This document shows, in pieces, positions 36,938 to 50,806 of a stretch of 64,000 nucleotides of DNA. Source of the DNA: Okamejei kenojei (lineage: Eukaryota); contig CM069142.1 of assembly GCA_035221665.1 (NCBI GenBank), forward strand, positions 37,200,001-37,264,000, given 5' to 3'. The notes beneath the pieces were generated by a model, which saw nothing but the letters and a program-made list of their open reading frames with translations, had not been told where the DNA came from and did no database searches. Within the stretch, counting starts at the first letter, position 1. Every line of letters starts with the position of its first letter. Position numbers and translations under genes: made by a program.

Positions 36938-38725
36938 ATATGCTCATCGTAGGCCCCCTTCGGTGATGACAGACCATGGGTGATGCATCCTAGTTGTTGG
37001 CTGCTTGCTCCAAACCTCGGCTGGAGCAGCGTCGCTTGTGGCTGAAGAGACCGATGCGGGAGTGACAGTCTCTTTGGCAAAGGTCACATTTGTGAGTGGT
37101 CTCTGGTTTGTTGAAGTTGCTGTGCCCCTTTCTGCGTCCCTGCGTGTCTGCCACTGAGTTCAACATTTTCTCTTCCCCTGTTTTGAGATGTTGGTTCAGG
37201 GTACCTCTCCACCTCGTGCGGTCAGCTGCAAGGCTCTCCCAGGACTCCACATCAATGTCGAGCGCATTCATATCTTTGCAGACATCCTTGTAACATAGCT
37301 GGGGGCGGCCGGTGGTTCTTCTCCCAGATGTCAGCACTCCATAGAGGATGTCCTTTGGAATACGGCCATCATCCATGCAGTGGACAAGGCCCAGCCGCCG
37401 CAGTCTGCACTGCCCGAGTAGAGTTTACATACTGGGAAGGCAGGATCTCGGCGTTAGACACTCTGTTTTGCCAGGATATGCCCAGGATACAGCGGATGCT
37501 TCTCAGGTGGAAGGTGTTGAGTCTTCTCTCCTGCCTGGCATTTATAATCCATGTCTCACTGCCGTACAGCAGCATGCTGTTGACACAGGCGTTGTAGACT
37601 GCTATCTTTGTCTTCATTGTCAGCTTTGGGTTGGTCCACACTCGCGTTGTGAGGCGAGCGAGAGTTGTAGCTGCCTTCCCGACCGTCTTATCAATCTCTG
37701 TGTCCTAGGAGAGGTTGTAGGTGATGGTGGAGCCGAGGTACGTGAATGATGGACGGCATCAAGTTCGTAGTCGTCGATGGAGATGACAGGCGGTGCCTCT
37801 GTATCCGGCCCCAGGAATTTCGTCGTCTTCAGGCTGATGGTCAGCCCGAAGTCCTTGCATGCCCGATAGAAGCGGTCCATCAGTGACTGCAGTTCCGGCT
37901 GGGTGTCGGACACAACTGTGGCGTCGACGGCAAACAACTTGTCTCCGACGAGAGCTTCACGTACTTTTGTCTTTGCTCTGAGGCGGGTGAGGTTGAAGAG
38001 CCTGCCATCTGATCTAGTACGCAGGTAGATCCCCTCTGTTGCAGTGCCAAAGGCATGTTTCAGGAGCAGAGCGAAGAAAATCCCAAAGAGTGTGGGAGCA
38101 AGGACGCAGCCTTGTTTGACGCCACTGTGGATGTCGAGGGCTCCAAGAAGCTGCCATTGAACTGCACTGTCCCCTTCGTGTTGATGTGGAAGGATTCTAA
38201 CATGCTCTGCAGTTTTGGTGGGCAGCTGATCTTTGGCAGATTCTTAAATAGGCCATCTCTGCTGACAAGGTCGAACGCCTTGGTGAGGTCAATGAAAGCA
38301 ACATACAGGGGCATCCGCTGTTCTCTGCACTTCTCCTGGAGCTGGCGAAGGGAGACCATGTCTACTGTTGGCCTTCCAGCTCGGAAACCGCACTGTGACT
38401 CTGGGTAGACACGTTCTGCCAGCTTCTGCAGGCGGATCAAGATGACCCGAGCAAAGACCTTGCCGACGATGTTGAGGAGGGAGATGCCTCTGTAGTTGTT
38501 GCAGTCCTTTCTCCCGCCCTTGTTCTTTAGAGGGTAATGATCGTGGCATTACTCATGTCCTGCGGTACAGCTCCTTCTTGTCAGCACTGGCAGAGGACAT
38601 CATACAAAGGAAGCTGTAAGGTAGTCTTCCAATGCTTGATCAGGTCAGGGGGAATCCTGGTGCAGACTGGAGCCTTGCCTGAGGCCAGGCTGTCAATGGC
38701 CTTGCTGAGCTCTTCTACCGTCGGC
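36938..38725 (-). mobile_element. RTE-BovB-clade LINE, 5'-truncated
   Basis: PESQCGFRAGR, AFIDLTKAFDLV, LLYGSETW, DGRIPKDILYG and C-terminal C2H2 HKCDLCQRDCHSRIGLFSHKRRC. Perfect 20-bp TSD tacatatgtgattaagcttg at 36918-36937 and 38726-38745. Confidence 0.93.
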
Positions 38726-39592
38726 TACATATGTGATTAAGCTTGGGATGCTAGTCTAATATTAAGTGAAATGTATAATCTATCCCACATGGTTCTGACA
38801 AAACTGGAACACTGAAGTGCTAAAGGTGACAACCCCCTCTTTTCCACTGTAGCAAACAACAAGTCATGGGCATTAGGAAGAAATTTGCAGGAATATCATC
38901 TTCATTCTTATGAACTATTAGTGAACATGCACAATTTTCCAATCTAAAGAAAGTTATCAAACTGTTTGTGCATATCAGAAATCTATAATTACCGTACATC
39001 TTCAATCATTTTGTGTAAAAAAAATGGAGCAAAATACTTTGAACAATAAAATACAAGATTTCCATTAAGCGCCATTTAATTGTAGCTGGTTTTACAGCTC
39101 ATCCATTACCTTTCAATTAATTATTTCAAAGCCTGGCAAATATTTTAAGTAAATTTATAACATACAGCAGTAAACCAATAAAATTATAACAGCTTGCCAT
39201 TTGCCGCAAGACATTAAAAGAATTCCACAGGATGAACCATTCTTGCAAGCTACCCAAAAATTGGTTAAGAAATAAGACAACGCAGCAGCCAAGTTTAGAA
39301 GTGGAAGTGCAGAGAGGAGCACAAGTTAAATATTACAAATAGGTTTCACAATCCAACATCATTTTTGGGAGCACTTGCAGCCTGGATACTTTCCCTCGTT
39401 CTGAGACCTGCACATCGGAAATAATTATGACACAAAGTGCTGGAGTACCTCAGCAGGACAGGCAGCTTCTCTGGAGAACATGGATAGGTGATGTTTCAGG
39501 TTGGGTCTATTCTTCAGACTGAAATAAATGCTTGGTTCCCCGTGGAACAGGAAAGTATTAAAAACAATGAAGATCCTGACTAAATTCAATCA

Positions 39593-39904
<312 letters not shown>

Positions 39905-39906
39905 TT

Positions 39907-40322
39907 AATGGACTACTCGCTGGAATTTAGAAGATTGAGGGGTGATCTCATAGAGACTTACAAAATTCTTAAGGGGTTGGACAGGCTAGATGCAGGAAGA
40001 TTGTTCCCGATGTTGGGGAAGTCCAGGACAAGGGGTCACAGTTTAAGGATAAGGGGGAAGTCTTTTAGGACCGAGATGAGAAAATCGTTTTTCACACAGA
40101 GAGTGGTGAATCTGTGGAATTCTCTGCCACAGAAGGTAGTTGAGGCCAGTTTGTTGGCCATATTTAAGAGGGAGTTGGATGTGGTCCTTGTGGCTGAAGG
40201 GATCGGGGGTATGGAGAGAAGGCAGGTACAGGATATTGAGTTGGATGATCAGCCATGATCGTATTGAATGGCGGTACAGGCTCGAAGGGCCGAGTGGCCT
40301 GCTCCTGCACCCAATTTCTAAT
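39907..40322 (+). mobile_element. CR1 LINE 3' end
   Basis: [21 protein letters not shown]; near-identical to 42200-42610. Confidence 0.92.
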
Positions 40323-40424
40323 GCCAACATACTCACCCACCTGATTGTTCTTTCTTAAAATCAAGGTATTCTCTTCTTCCCCATGTTTCAATTTTACTTC
40401 AGACTTTTCCAATTTTCAAAATCA

Positions 40425-42625
40425 TATTGGCCAAGATTGGCCAAAATTGGCCAAGATTGACTGGCAATTAATTCTAAAAGGGTTGACGGTGGATATACAA
40501 TGGAAGACATTTAAAGACTGCATGGATGAACTACAAAAATTGTTCATCCCAGTTTGGCAAAAGAATAAATCGGGGAAGGTAGTGCATCCGTGGATAACAA
40601 GGGAAATCAGGGATAGTATCAAAGCAAAGGATGATGCGTACAAAGTAGCCAGAAAAAGCAGCATACCAGAGGACTGGGAGAAATTCAGAGACCAGCAGAG
40701 GAGGACAAAGGGCTTAATTAGGAAAGGAAAAATAGATTATGAAAGAAAACTGGCAGGGAACATAAAAACTGACTGCAAAAGTTTTTATAGATATGTGAAG
40801 AGAAAGAGGTTAGTTAAAACAAATGTAGGTCCCTTGCAGTCAGAAACAGGTGAGTTGATCATGGGGAACAAGGATATGGCGGACCAATTGAATAACTACT
40901 TTGGTTCCGTCTTCACTAAGGAAGACATAAATAATCTGCCTGAAATAGCAGGGGACTGTGGGTCAAAGGAGGAATTGAGTGAAATCCAGGTCAGTCGGGA
41001 AGTGGTGTTGGGTAAATTGAATAGATTAAAGGCCGATAAATCTCCAGGGCCAGATAGGCTGCATCCCAGAGTACTTAAGGAAGTAGCTCAGGAAATAGTG
41101 GATGCATTAGTGATAATCTTTCAAAACTCTTTAGATTCTGGAGTAGTTCCTGAGGATTGGCGGGTAGCAAATGTAACCCCTCTTTTTAAGAAGGGAGGGA
41201 GAGAGAAAACGGGGAATTACAGACCAGTTAGTCTAACATCGGTAGTGGGGAAACTGCTAGAGTCAGTTATTAAAGATGGGATAGCAGCACATTTGGAAAG
41301 TGGTGAAATCATTGGACAAAGTCAGCATGGATTTACAAAAGGTAAATCATGTCTGACGAATCTTGTGGAATTTTTCGAGGATGTAACTAGTAGCGTGGAT
41401 AAGGGAGAACCAGTGGATGTGGTATATCTGGACTTCCAGAAGGCTTTCGACAAGGTCCCACATAAGAGATTAGTATACAAACTTAAAGCATACGGTATTA
41501 GGGGTTCAGTATTGATGTGGATAGAGAACTGGCTGGCAAACAGGAAGCAAAGAGTAGGAGTAAACGGGTCCTTTTCACAATGGCAGGCAGTAACTAGTGG
41601 GGTACCGCAGGGCTCAGTGCTGGGACCCCAGCTATTTACATATATATTAATGATCTGGATGAGGGAATTGAAGGCAATATCTCCAAGTTTGCGGATGACA
41701 CTAAGCTGGGGGGCAGTGTTCGCTGTGAGGAGGATGCTAGGAGACTGCAAGGTGACTTGGATAGGCTGGGTGAGTGGGCAAATGTTTGGCAGATGCAGTA
41801 TAATGTGGATAAATGTGAGGTTATCCACTTTGGTGGCAAAAACAGGAAAGCAGACTATTATTTAAATGGTGGCCGATTAGGAAAAGGGGAGATGCAGCGA
41901 GACCTGGGTGTCATGGTACACCAGTCATTGAAAGTAGGCATGCAGGTGCAGCAGGCAGTGAAAAAAGCGAATGGTATGTTAGCTTCATAGCAAAAGGATT
42001 TGAGTACAGGAGCAGGGAGGTTCTACTTCAGTTGTACAGGGTCTTGGTGAGACCACACCTGGAGTATTGCGTGCAGTTTTGGTCTCCAAATCTGAGGAAG
42101 GACATTATTGCCATAGAGGGAGTGCAGAGAAGGTTCACCAGACTGATTCCTGGGATGTCAGGACTGTCTTATGAAGAAAGACTGGATAGACTCGGTTTAT
42201 ACTCTCTGGAATTTAGGAGATTAAGAGGGGATCTTATAGAAACTTACAAAATTCTTAAGGGGTTGGACAGGCTAGATGCAGGAAGATTGTTCCCGATGTT
42301 GGGGAAGTCCAGGACAAGGGGTCACAGCTTAAGGATAAGGGGGAAATCCTTTAAGACCGAGATGAGAAATACTTTCTTCACACAGAGAGTGGTGAGTCTC
42401 TGGAACTCTCTGCCACAGAGGGTAGTTGAGGCCAGTTCATTGGCTATATTTAAGAGTGAGTTGGATGTGGCCCTTGTGGCTAAGGGGATCAGAGGGTATG
42501 GAGAGAAGGCAGGTACGGGATACTGAGTTGGATGATCAGCCATGATCATATTGAATGGCGGTGCAGGCTCGAAGGGCTGAATGGCCTACTCCTGCACCTA
42601 ATTTCTATGTTTCTATGTTTCTATA
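40425..42625 (+). mobile_element. Young CR1 LINE, 5'-truncated ORF2 (RT), few disruptions
   Basis: 506-aa ORF with [18 protein letters not shown] and [10 protein letters not shown]; tail (tttctatg)n. Confidence 0.96.
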
Positions 42626-42960
42626 GTTCAAATTTTAAACAAGGATTCCACTACCAATTATGCTTCATAAATCCAGTATAATTTAGTGTGACATACAATT
42701 GCTAAATTCATAGAATGCAAAATTCACAGGACGAGAACATTCAATCCAGCTAATCCATAATACAGTCGATGCAAAGTACTGTTCTAATTAATCCAGTAAT
42801 ACTTACACTGTACAAATCGCGCACTTTAAGGAACCAAAATCGTTTCACAGAACATTAGCTATTATCACACTCAATCTGGATAACTGCTGAACATTTAGTT
42901 GTTTAACTATTTGTCCCTTAAGATATTTGCAGTAGGGATTCCAGAGAATCATTAGAACAG

Positions 42961-43078
42961 TGTTTAAGAAGGAACTGCAGATTCAGTCTGAAGAAAGGTC
43001 TCGACCCGAAACGTTGCTATTTCCTTCGCTCCATAGATGCTGTCTCACCCGCTGAGTTTTTCCAGCATTTTTGTCTAC
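42961..43078 (+). mobile_element. Penelope pLTR/hammerhead mini-element with short inversion
   Basis: TSD aatcattagaacag (42947-42960) / aatcgttagaacag (43079-43092). Confidence 0.8.
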
Positions 43079-43529
43079 AATCGTTAGAACAGGTTGCACA
43101 AACTCACTTCAGTACAGGAAAGAAAGTGAAGATAATCAGATCAAACAGTTTAAAGGTTGAAATAATTCAATGATAGGTTCAAGATATTTTTTTTCAGTAA
43201 GGGGAAATCTTAATCAAGGAAAAATATTTGGATGAAGATTGATCCAAATTAATACAAAGCAGAGGACTCCAGAGTTTCTCCATGATCCATGCAGAATTAG
43301 TGCATCTCACCCAGGTCAGGAAGATACAATGCACAGATTTAAATCAACAAATTAATCTGCCACTCAGCGGTTCCAAACTAAATACATACATGGATACTTC
43401 CGAGTATTTTATTGTGTAGATTTGAAGGAGTACCGAACCACAATTACAATCTGTGGAAGTGAACCCGAGAGGAAGCTATTGCAAAAGGCGAGGTAGAATA
43501 TTGGCGGAAGGTCAGTAAGGTTCCGAATT

Positions 43530-45415
43530 ATGGATAATGATAAGTCAGAGTATGAGGGCAAACAATCATCTGATTGAATGGTGCCTGAATAACAACCTTG
43601 CTCTCAACGCCAGTCAAACCAAAGAACTCATTGTTCCACAAAGCTGTCTTCATCAATGAGTCAGTAGTGGAGAGAGTCAACAACTTCAACTTCCTCGGTG
43701 TGCTGCATCCATGTCTGATGATACAGTGGGCTACAAGAAGTCCAGATACGTCCTTGGTAAGGCCATCAAAAAGGCCAAAAGGGACTTCTGCTCCAAGCTG
43801 GAGGATGACAGATGCTCGGCAGCTGTGGCGGGGCCTGAATGCAATCACCTCCTACAAGGCAAAATCAGAAGGCAGCTCGAATGTCGGCGAAACAACACTC
43901 CCTGATGAGCTCAATGCGTTTTACGCACGTTTTGATAGGGAGAACACCGATGTGCCTTCCCGAGCCCCCATTCACTGTGATGGTATTTCAGTCTCAGTCA
44001 CAGAGGCCGACGTCAGGAAATCCTTCAGAGGGGTGAACCCTCGAAAAGCGCCTGGACCTGATGGTATACCTGGTCGTGTTCTAAAAACCTGTGCGGACCA
44101 ACTGGCTGGAGTTTTCACGGACATTTTCAACCTCTCACTTCTGAGGTCTGAGGTTCCCACCTGCTTCAAAAGGGCATCAATTATACCAGTGCCCAAGAAG
44201 AGCAAGGTGACGTGCCTCAATGACTATTGACCTGTGGCACTAACGCCTGTGGTGATGAAGTGCTTCGAGAGGTTGATCATGGCGCAAATCAATTCCTACC
44301 TCGACAAAAACCTGGACCCACTGCAGTTCGCTTACTGCCACAACAGATCAACGGTAGATGCGATTTCGCTGGCTCTCCACTCTGCTCTGGACCACTTGGA
44401 CAACAAAAACTCATATGTCAGGCTGTTATTCATCGATTACAGCTCGGCATTTAATACCCCCCCCCCCCCCCCAAGCTGGGTACCAAACTCGCAGAACTGG
44501 GTCCCTGCGCATCCCTCTGCAATTGGATCCTCGACTTCCTCATTCACAGACCACAGTCTGCTCGTATTGGTGGAAATGTGTCAGACTTGATAACAATCAG
44601 CACCGGAGCACCTCAAGGCTGCGTGCTCAGCCCCCTGCTGTACTCACTCTATACTCATGACTGCGTAGCCGGTCATAGTGCGAACTCCATCATCAAGTTC
44701 GCTGACGACACCAATGTTGTGGGATGTATCACTGACGGGGATGAGTCGGAGTACAGAAGAGAGATCGAGCAACTGTCCATATGGTGCCAGCACAATAACC
44801 TGGTCCTCAACACCAGCAAAACCAAGGAACTGATTGTGGACTTTGGAAAGAGTAGGATGGGGACCCACATTCCCGTTTATATCAACGGGTCGATGGTTGA
44901 AAGGGTCAAGAGCTTCAAATTCCTGGCCGTGCACATCAACTTGAGCGCCCTAGAGAGGAAAAGACTACAAAAAGTAGTAAACACTGTCCAGTCCATCATC
45001 GGCTCTGACCTTCCTTCCATCGAGGAGATTTATCGTAGTCGCTGCCTCAAAAAGGCTGGCAGCATCATCAAGGACCCACACCATCCTGGCCACACACTCA
45101 ACTCCCTGCTGCAGGAAGGTACAGGAGCCTGAAGTCTGCAACGACCAGGTTCAGGAATAGCTACTTCCCCACAGCCATCAGGTTAATAAACCTGGCTCAG
45201 ACAAAACTCTGAACATTAATAATCCATTGTCTGTTATTTGCACTTGATCAGTTTATTTATTCATGTGTGTATATATTTATATAATGGTATATGGACACAC
45301 AGATCTTTTTTGTAGTCAATGCCTACTATGTTCTGTTGTGCTGAAACAAAGCAAGAATGTCATTGTCCTATCAGGGACACATGACAATAAACTCTTAGAA
45401 CTAGATCTAGAATCT
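43530..45415 (+). mobile_element. Rex/Babar-type LINE (plus a short older fragment at the 5' side)
   Basis: ORFs 43598-45132: [38 protein letters not shown]. Confidence 0.92.
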
Positions 45416-45971
45416 CTGAACATCTGTCCAGGACGCAGGCCAGTTGATGAATGTTCTGAACCCCATGTTCCAGTAAGGGGGGGGGGGGGTAAAGGATGGA
45501 AAAAGTAAGGGGACCTTTGAGGGTCAAAGAGGCCGTCAAAAGGAAAAAGGAACCACATGCATGGTTTAAGAGGTTGGAATCAGACAGGGCAATTGAGGAA
45601 TATAAAAAAGGTGGAAAGAAGTCACGCAGGCGAATAGGACAAAAAGGAGCCACAAAATGGATTTGGCTAGTCAAATTAAAGAAAACGCCAAAGCTTTTTA
45701 TACCAAATGAAAAACAGGAGGATAACCAGGGAGATGGTAGAAGGATAAAGGAGGGAATTTGTGCTTGTAGTCTGGGAATATACGCAATATACCACAGTTG
45801 GAAAAGTGGCAAACCAACACTAAATCAACATAAGCCATGAAAAAATAACTGCACACTTCCATACAAACAGTTTGGAATTGGTTCACATTTAAAGTTGAAT
45901 GTGAAGCATGCTACGTGACTGTGAATGGATACAGGCAATTTTCATTCCAATCATTTGCATGAAAAATGCTA

Positions 45972-48900
45972 ATTTTACTTCGGAGTCACGTGAGTGACTA
46001 CGTGAAGAAGCCCCGCCAGGCGCATGCGCGTCATTACATCCGACGCATGGCGCACCGACGGGCGCAGCTCCATCAGTGGTAAGTAATAAACTGGCAGGTA
46101 AGTGATTTTAACAACTTTCTGCGGGTATTTAAACTCTGTCAGACTGGTTCAGGAGCCAGCGGGAGTACGCTCAAAATGGAGAGTTGTAAAAAAGAGTGCT
46201 GCCGTTCGTAGTAAGAGCCTTACTCGCGGGACCGCGGTTAGTGCACGTAGGTTGGGTAGGGAAATACCGGCTGCGGTAACGCCGATTCCGACGCCGACTG
46301 CAGAACCGCCGGCAGCTCAACTGCCTCCATTAACTCCGGTGCCTCAGGGCGCTCTGGCCACTCCAGTAGGGAGAAAGGCTAAACGGAAGTCAGTCAGCCC
46401 TGTTTATTCTGACGAGTCTGACCAAGATGACTCCCCTCCTTCCAATAAGAAGGTCCGGGGACGTCTCGATAAAATGGAGCAGATGATTCAAACAATGATG
46501 AACCATGAAGTGTTCCAATCGGGGTCACATACCTCCAGGATTCCCCAACAACTTCCTGGTACAGCCTCAGTCAGAGGCCCGTATGGCGAGGAGGACTTCC
46601 AGCACGCCTATGAGTTCCAATGAGAATCACCCTCACCAGCACCTTGTTTAGGGCCTGTCGAGACCTCCCTAGAGCAAGACTCGAGAGAGCCAGGGCAGGA
46701 GGATTCTGACCCTGTAGTTGGTGTCACTGCTTTTTGTATTCAATTTTATTGTCATTATCTCATTTTAGAGACAACAAAATGGATTTTCCTTACAGTCAAG
46801 TAACATAAAATTAAATAATAAATAAATAAACATATTTAAAAAAAGCACAAACACAGAAGCCCACACACAACATAACCCCACAGCGGCACCAGAGTTAAGG
46901 AAGGTACCATAGTCCAGCCAGCCACACCGCTGATCTTCCCAGATGTTCATCCGTGGTTGGGGCCTCCCGAGCACCCGCAGTTGCCGCCATGGGCAGCCCG
47001 ATGCTCAGGCCCTCTCGCCGGGAACGATGGAACCCTGACAGAGAACATCCTCAGCGGCCCAGACCTCCTGATCAGCCACCTCCCACCGGTGTCCGCGGCT
47101 CCCAAAGTCCACAGGCCGAGCGGGGCGGAGTCGCAGGACTCCGCGATGTTGATCAGCGCCGCCCGCATTGGGAGCTCCGCGAACCACAGCTCCACGATGT
47201 CGGTGCAGCAGGCCCAGCACTCCGGAGCTGCAATGGCGATCCCCGATAAGGCATCGCCCGCCCCGCGATGTTTTCAACGTTGCGCTGCCGCTGCTGGAGC
47301 TCTGATTGGTCCCGGCAGGAAAGGCCGCGCCAATCCAGTTGGTAGGCCGCGGGGGAGTGGGGGCGAGGACACAACTCGAATAATAGTCGCATCCTCTCGA
47401 GGAGTCGACTGAAGGACGGTATCCCCCTTACCGTACCCTCTTCCCCTCACATAAAGACATTAAAAAAAACACAGAAAACACTCTTCAACATAACAAAAAA
47501 TAACAAAAAGATACCGGACTGAAGGCGGAGGCAGCTAGCAACAGCGCCACCGGATGTTCCAGCATACACCAAGGCACATGAGCCATGCTCCAGGTGTCCC
47601 AGATGTGGCTAGACATTTTGCCATTCCGGAGGGGACTGGTGAAGCCATGGAGGAACATCTAGCTTGTAATATAAACTATATGGCCTCTCACCAGCTCCAG
47701 GACTTTATCATGGAACAGACAACAACTCATTACCAGACACCTGTTAACTGTGCATCGCTCAAGGTGCCCACCGTGAACTCGGTTATCTGGGCACAAATGA
47801 GCGCACTAATGAGGGAGCAGGAGCTCCGTTTCCAGAGAGTCCTGAAATTGGTGGGGGCGGGGATTACAGCATTTGGGCAAATGGTCCAAGGAGCGCCATT
47901 GTCGGGAACACAGCAGGATATGTTGGCCCTGCTGTGCAATGCTCATTTCGAGATAAATTGTATCCGGAAGATCGCCATCAAACCGACATTAAATCCATGC
48001 TTCGCAGCTCTCTGTAAGTCCTCCAACATCCAGGCGCCAAATTTCTTATTCGGCGAAGATCTGATGAAACAGGTTAAAGACCTAGAGGAAGAGGCCAAAA
48101 CCATTGGCCTCATGAAGACACCCTCTGCCAGGATACCACCTCGCAGGTCTTTTCCAATCAGACGGGCTTCAGATGCTGGAGCAGGCCCAAGTAGAGGGTT
48201 GCCAGTTGTACGCCGTCCATATGCACCTGCGTACCCCAACTACAACCCCAACATGGCCAGACGATTGAGAAATTCGAGGTCGGCTATGGAGGTACGGGTA
48301 ACTGATTCAGTCCAGGGTAAATCTTCTGGGGAACAACCTCCGGTTGGGGGTAGGTTGCAATTGTTTTATGATGAATGGTGCTGCATAACATCTGATCTGC
48401 TTATACTGGACAGTGTCTCGGGGTCTTGAATTGAGTTTATGTCAGGAATACATCGACCAGCACAAAATATGCCGAGTCGCGTATTGGTTTTTTCAGGATC
48501 AGAATCTCTACAGGTGAATGATGAAATTGAGGTTTTATTCCAAAACAGGGTAATTGAAAAGACAGTATATCATCCTCAACAATTTGTATCCAATATATTC
48601 CCCAGGCAGAAAAAAGATGGTGGGTGTCGAGTCATTCTGGACCTAATCCAGTTAAATTCCTGTGTCCAGTATAGGCATTTTAAAATGGATACTTTCAGTA
48701 CTGCTAAGCAGTTGTTTTCTAAAGGTTGTTATATGGCAACCATAGATCTGAAAGATGCATATTATTCAGTACAAATTCATCATCAGTACCGTAGATACTT
48801 GAACTTTAGTTTGATGGGACAGCTGTGGCAATTTAAAGCGTTGCCCAATGGGTTAACCTCAGCTCCTAGGTTGTTTACAAAATTGTTGAAACCAGTTCTG

Positions 48901-50786
48901 GCGCTACTTTGTGCCCAGAATCACATTGTGATGGCTTATTTAGATGACATTTTAATTGTAAGCAACACTCAGGAAGCTGCTGAGGAGTCGGTTTCAGCAA
49001 CCAAACACCTATTTCAGAGGTTAGGTTCCTCATCCATCCAACAAAATCCAAGCTAATAATTAACTATTTGGGATTTGTCATTGATTCAGTTGATATGTCA
49101 GTGACTTTGCCTACGGCCAAGGCTGTTGAAATCATGGAGGTCTGTAGCAGTCTCGTAGAGGAGCAACAACCCTCCATTCGTCAAGTAGCTAGTGTTATTG
49201 GTAAATTAGTGGTGGTTTTCCCTGAAGTGCAGTTTGGACCTCTGCACTACCAAAGTTTGCAACGAGCTAGAGAACAAGCACTTAAAGAACATGCAGGTAA
49301 TTTCGACAGACCAATGCAGTTGTTAGCCAAAGCCATCGCCGAATTGCAATGGTGGATAATCAATATCGCACGAAGCACCAAAAACATTTTGACTCAACAA
49401 CCTTCAGTGATTTTACAAACAGATGACAGTGCTTTGGGATGGGGAGCCACGGATAGCGAGTCTAGCTGTGGTGGTAGATGGAGTGTGCAAGAGGAATTAA
49501 TCCTGCAGAGGCATGGTATAAATTACTTAGAATTGCTGGGTGCATTCTATGGGTTAAAAGCATATTGTTCAGCAATGAATGATTTCAGCTCCAGATTGAC
49601 AATACCACGGCTGTTGCTTATATCAATCACACGGGAGGAATTGTCAGTATCGTGATAATCTGGCTAACCTCATTTGGGACTGGTGCATTTCCAGAAATAT
49701 CTGGGTCTCAGCTATCTACCTACCAGGTAGAGATAATGTGGTGGCGGACACCAGGTCACGGATGTTTAATGACAACATAGAGTGGATGCTAAATCCTAAT
49801 GTTTTTAAAATGATTGTCAGCTGGTATGGTTTGCTTGCAGTCAGATATATCTTATAATGCAAGCATACCGGATGTATTGGAGTTCCTTCCTACATTGCAT
49901 TTTGATGAACAGTTGAGCTATAGTGCCATTAATAGTGCTCGGAGTGCTTTGTCCTCCTATTTAGGGCAATTTTCAGAACAACAATCTATCGGGTCTCATT
50001 CGCTAGTGTCCCGATTTATGAGAGATATATTTAACAAAAACAACAATGCTCATCAGCCACAAAAAACCTCATAAAAAGGTGTCAGCACAAATTATTTCTA
50101 GATGGTTGAAACAGGTTTTGGATTGTGCTGGAGTAGACATTAAAGTGTTTAAATCTCACTCCACCAGGGTGGCATCAACATCCGCAGCGAAGGCACAGGA
50201 CATGCCTCTAGATCAAATCCTCGGGGCCGCAGGATGGTCTAGGGGGGCGACCTTCTCCAGGTTTTATGACAAACCTGTCCTGGCAGTGCAAGGTTTTGGG
50301 CATGCTGTTTTGGTTTCCGTTTGATTTCTTTTGTAAATTTCATTTTAAATTTCCCCCTGGGATAGAGGGGTTATTACTGTTTTGTTTATTATTTTAAAAA
50401 TGTTTATTGAATAATTTGAGCAATGTTCAATACATTATTTATTCACTCCTGTGTCAACTGAAGCAGTGTGTCGTATGGAATGGATCTACGGCAAGAACTC
50501 ACAGAGCTTTGAAATCTTCACGTAGTCACTCATGTGACTCCGACGTAAAATAGTAAGATTAAACGAGAACTTACCAGTTTGAAGTTTGATCTTTATTTTA
50601 TGAGGAGTTACGATGAGGGATTACGTGCCCTCCGCTCCCGACCCTCATAATCGCAAAGATCATCTGGTAGTTCTAGTCTTTTGAGTCTTACTATATCACT
50701 TTGACTATAGTTACTGTGTTTTCACGCCGCTGCTTTGAAGTATGACGCGCATGCGCCTGGCGGGGCTTCTTCACGTAATCCCTCAT
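45972..50786 (+). mobile_element. DIRS1-type tyrosine-recombinase retrotransposon (gag, RT, RNase H, partial YR), internally deleted
   Basis: RT DLKDAYYS/LPNGL/YLDD (48439-49056), RNase H (49068-49655) and YR HSTR..AAGWS..TFSRFY (50046-50324). 36-bp ITR at 45999-46034 / 50742-50777. ICR halves at 50516-50551 and 50613-50627 are complementary to the two ends. Confidence 0.95.
46735..47551 (-). mobile_element. GC-rich non-autonomous retroposon nested in DIRS gag
   Basis: Interrupts the gag ORF; LINE-like 3' end at ~46740-46800; similar to 13040-13570. Boundaries approximate. Confidence 0.65.
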
Positions 50787-50806
50787 TTGAACACATCACA
50801 ACTTAC

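Noticed and set aside
40345-41865. 506-aa ORF (and the 526-aa ORF at 53217-54797) as novel host genes
   Set aside because: Both are CR1 ORF2 reverse transcriptase, ending in frameshifts.
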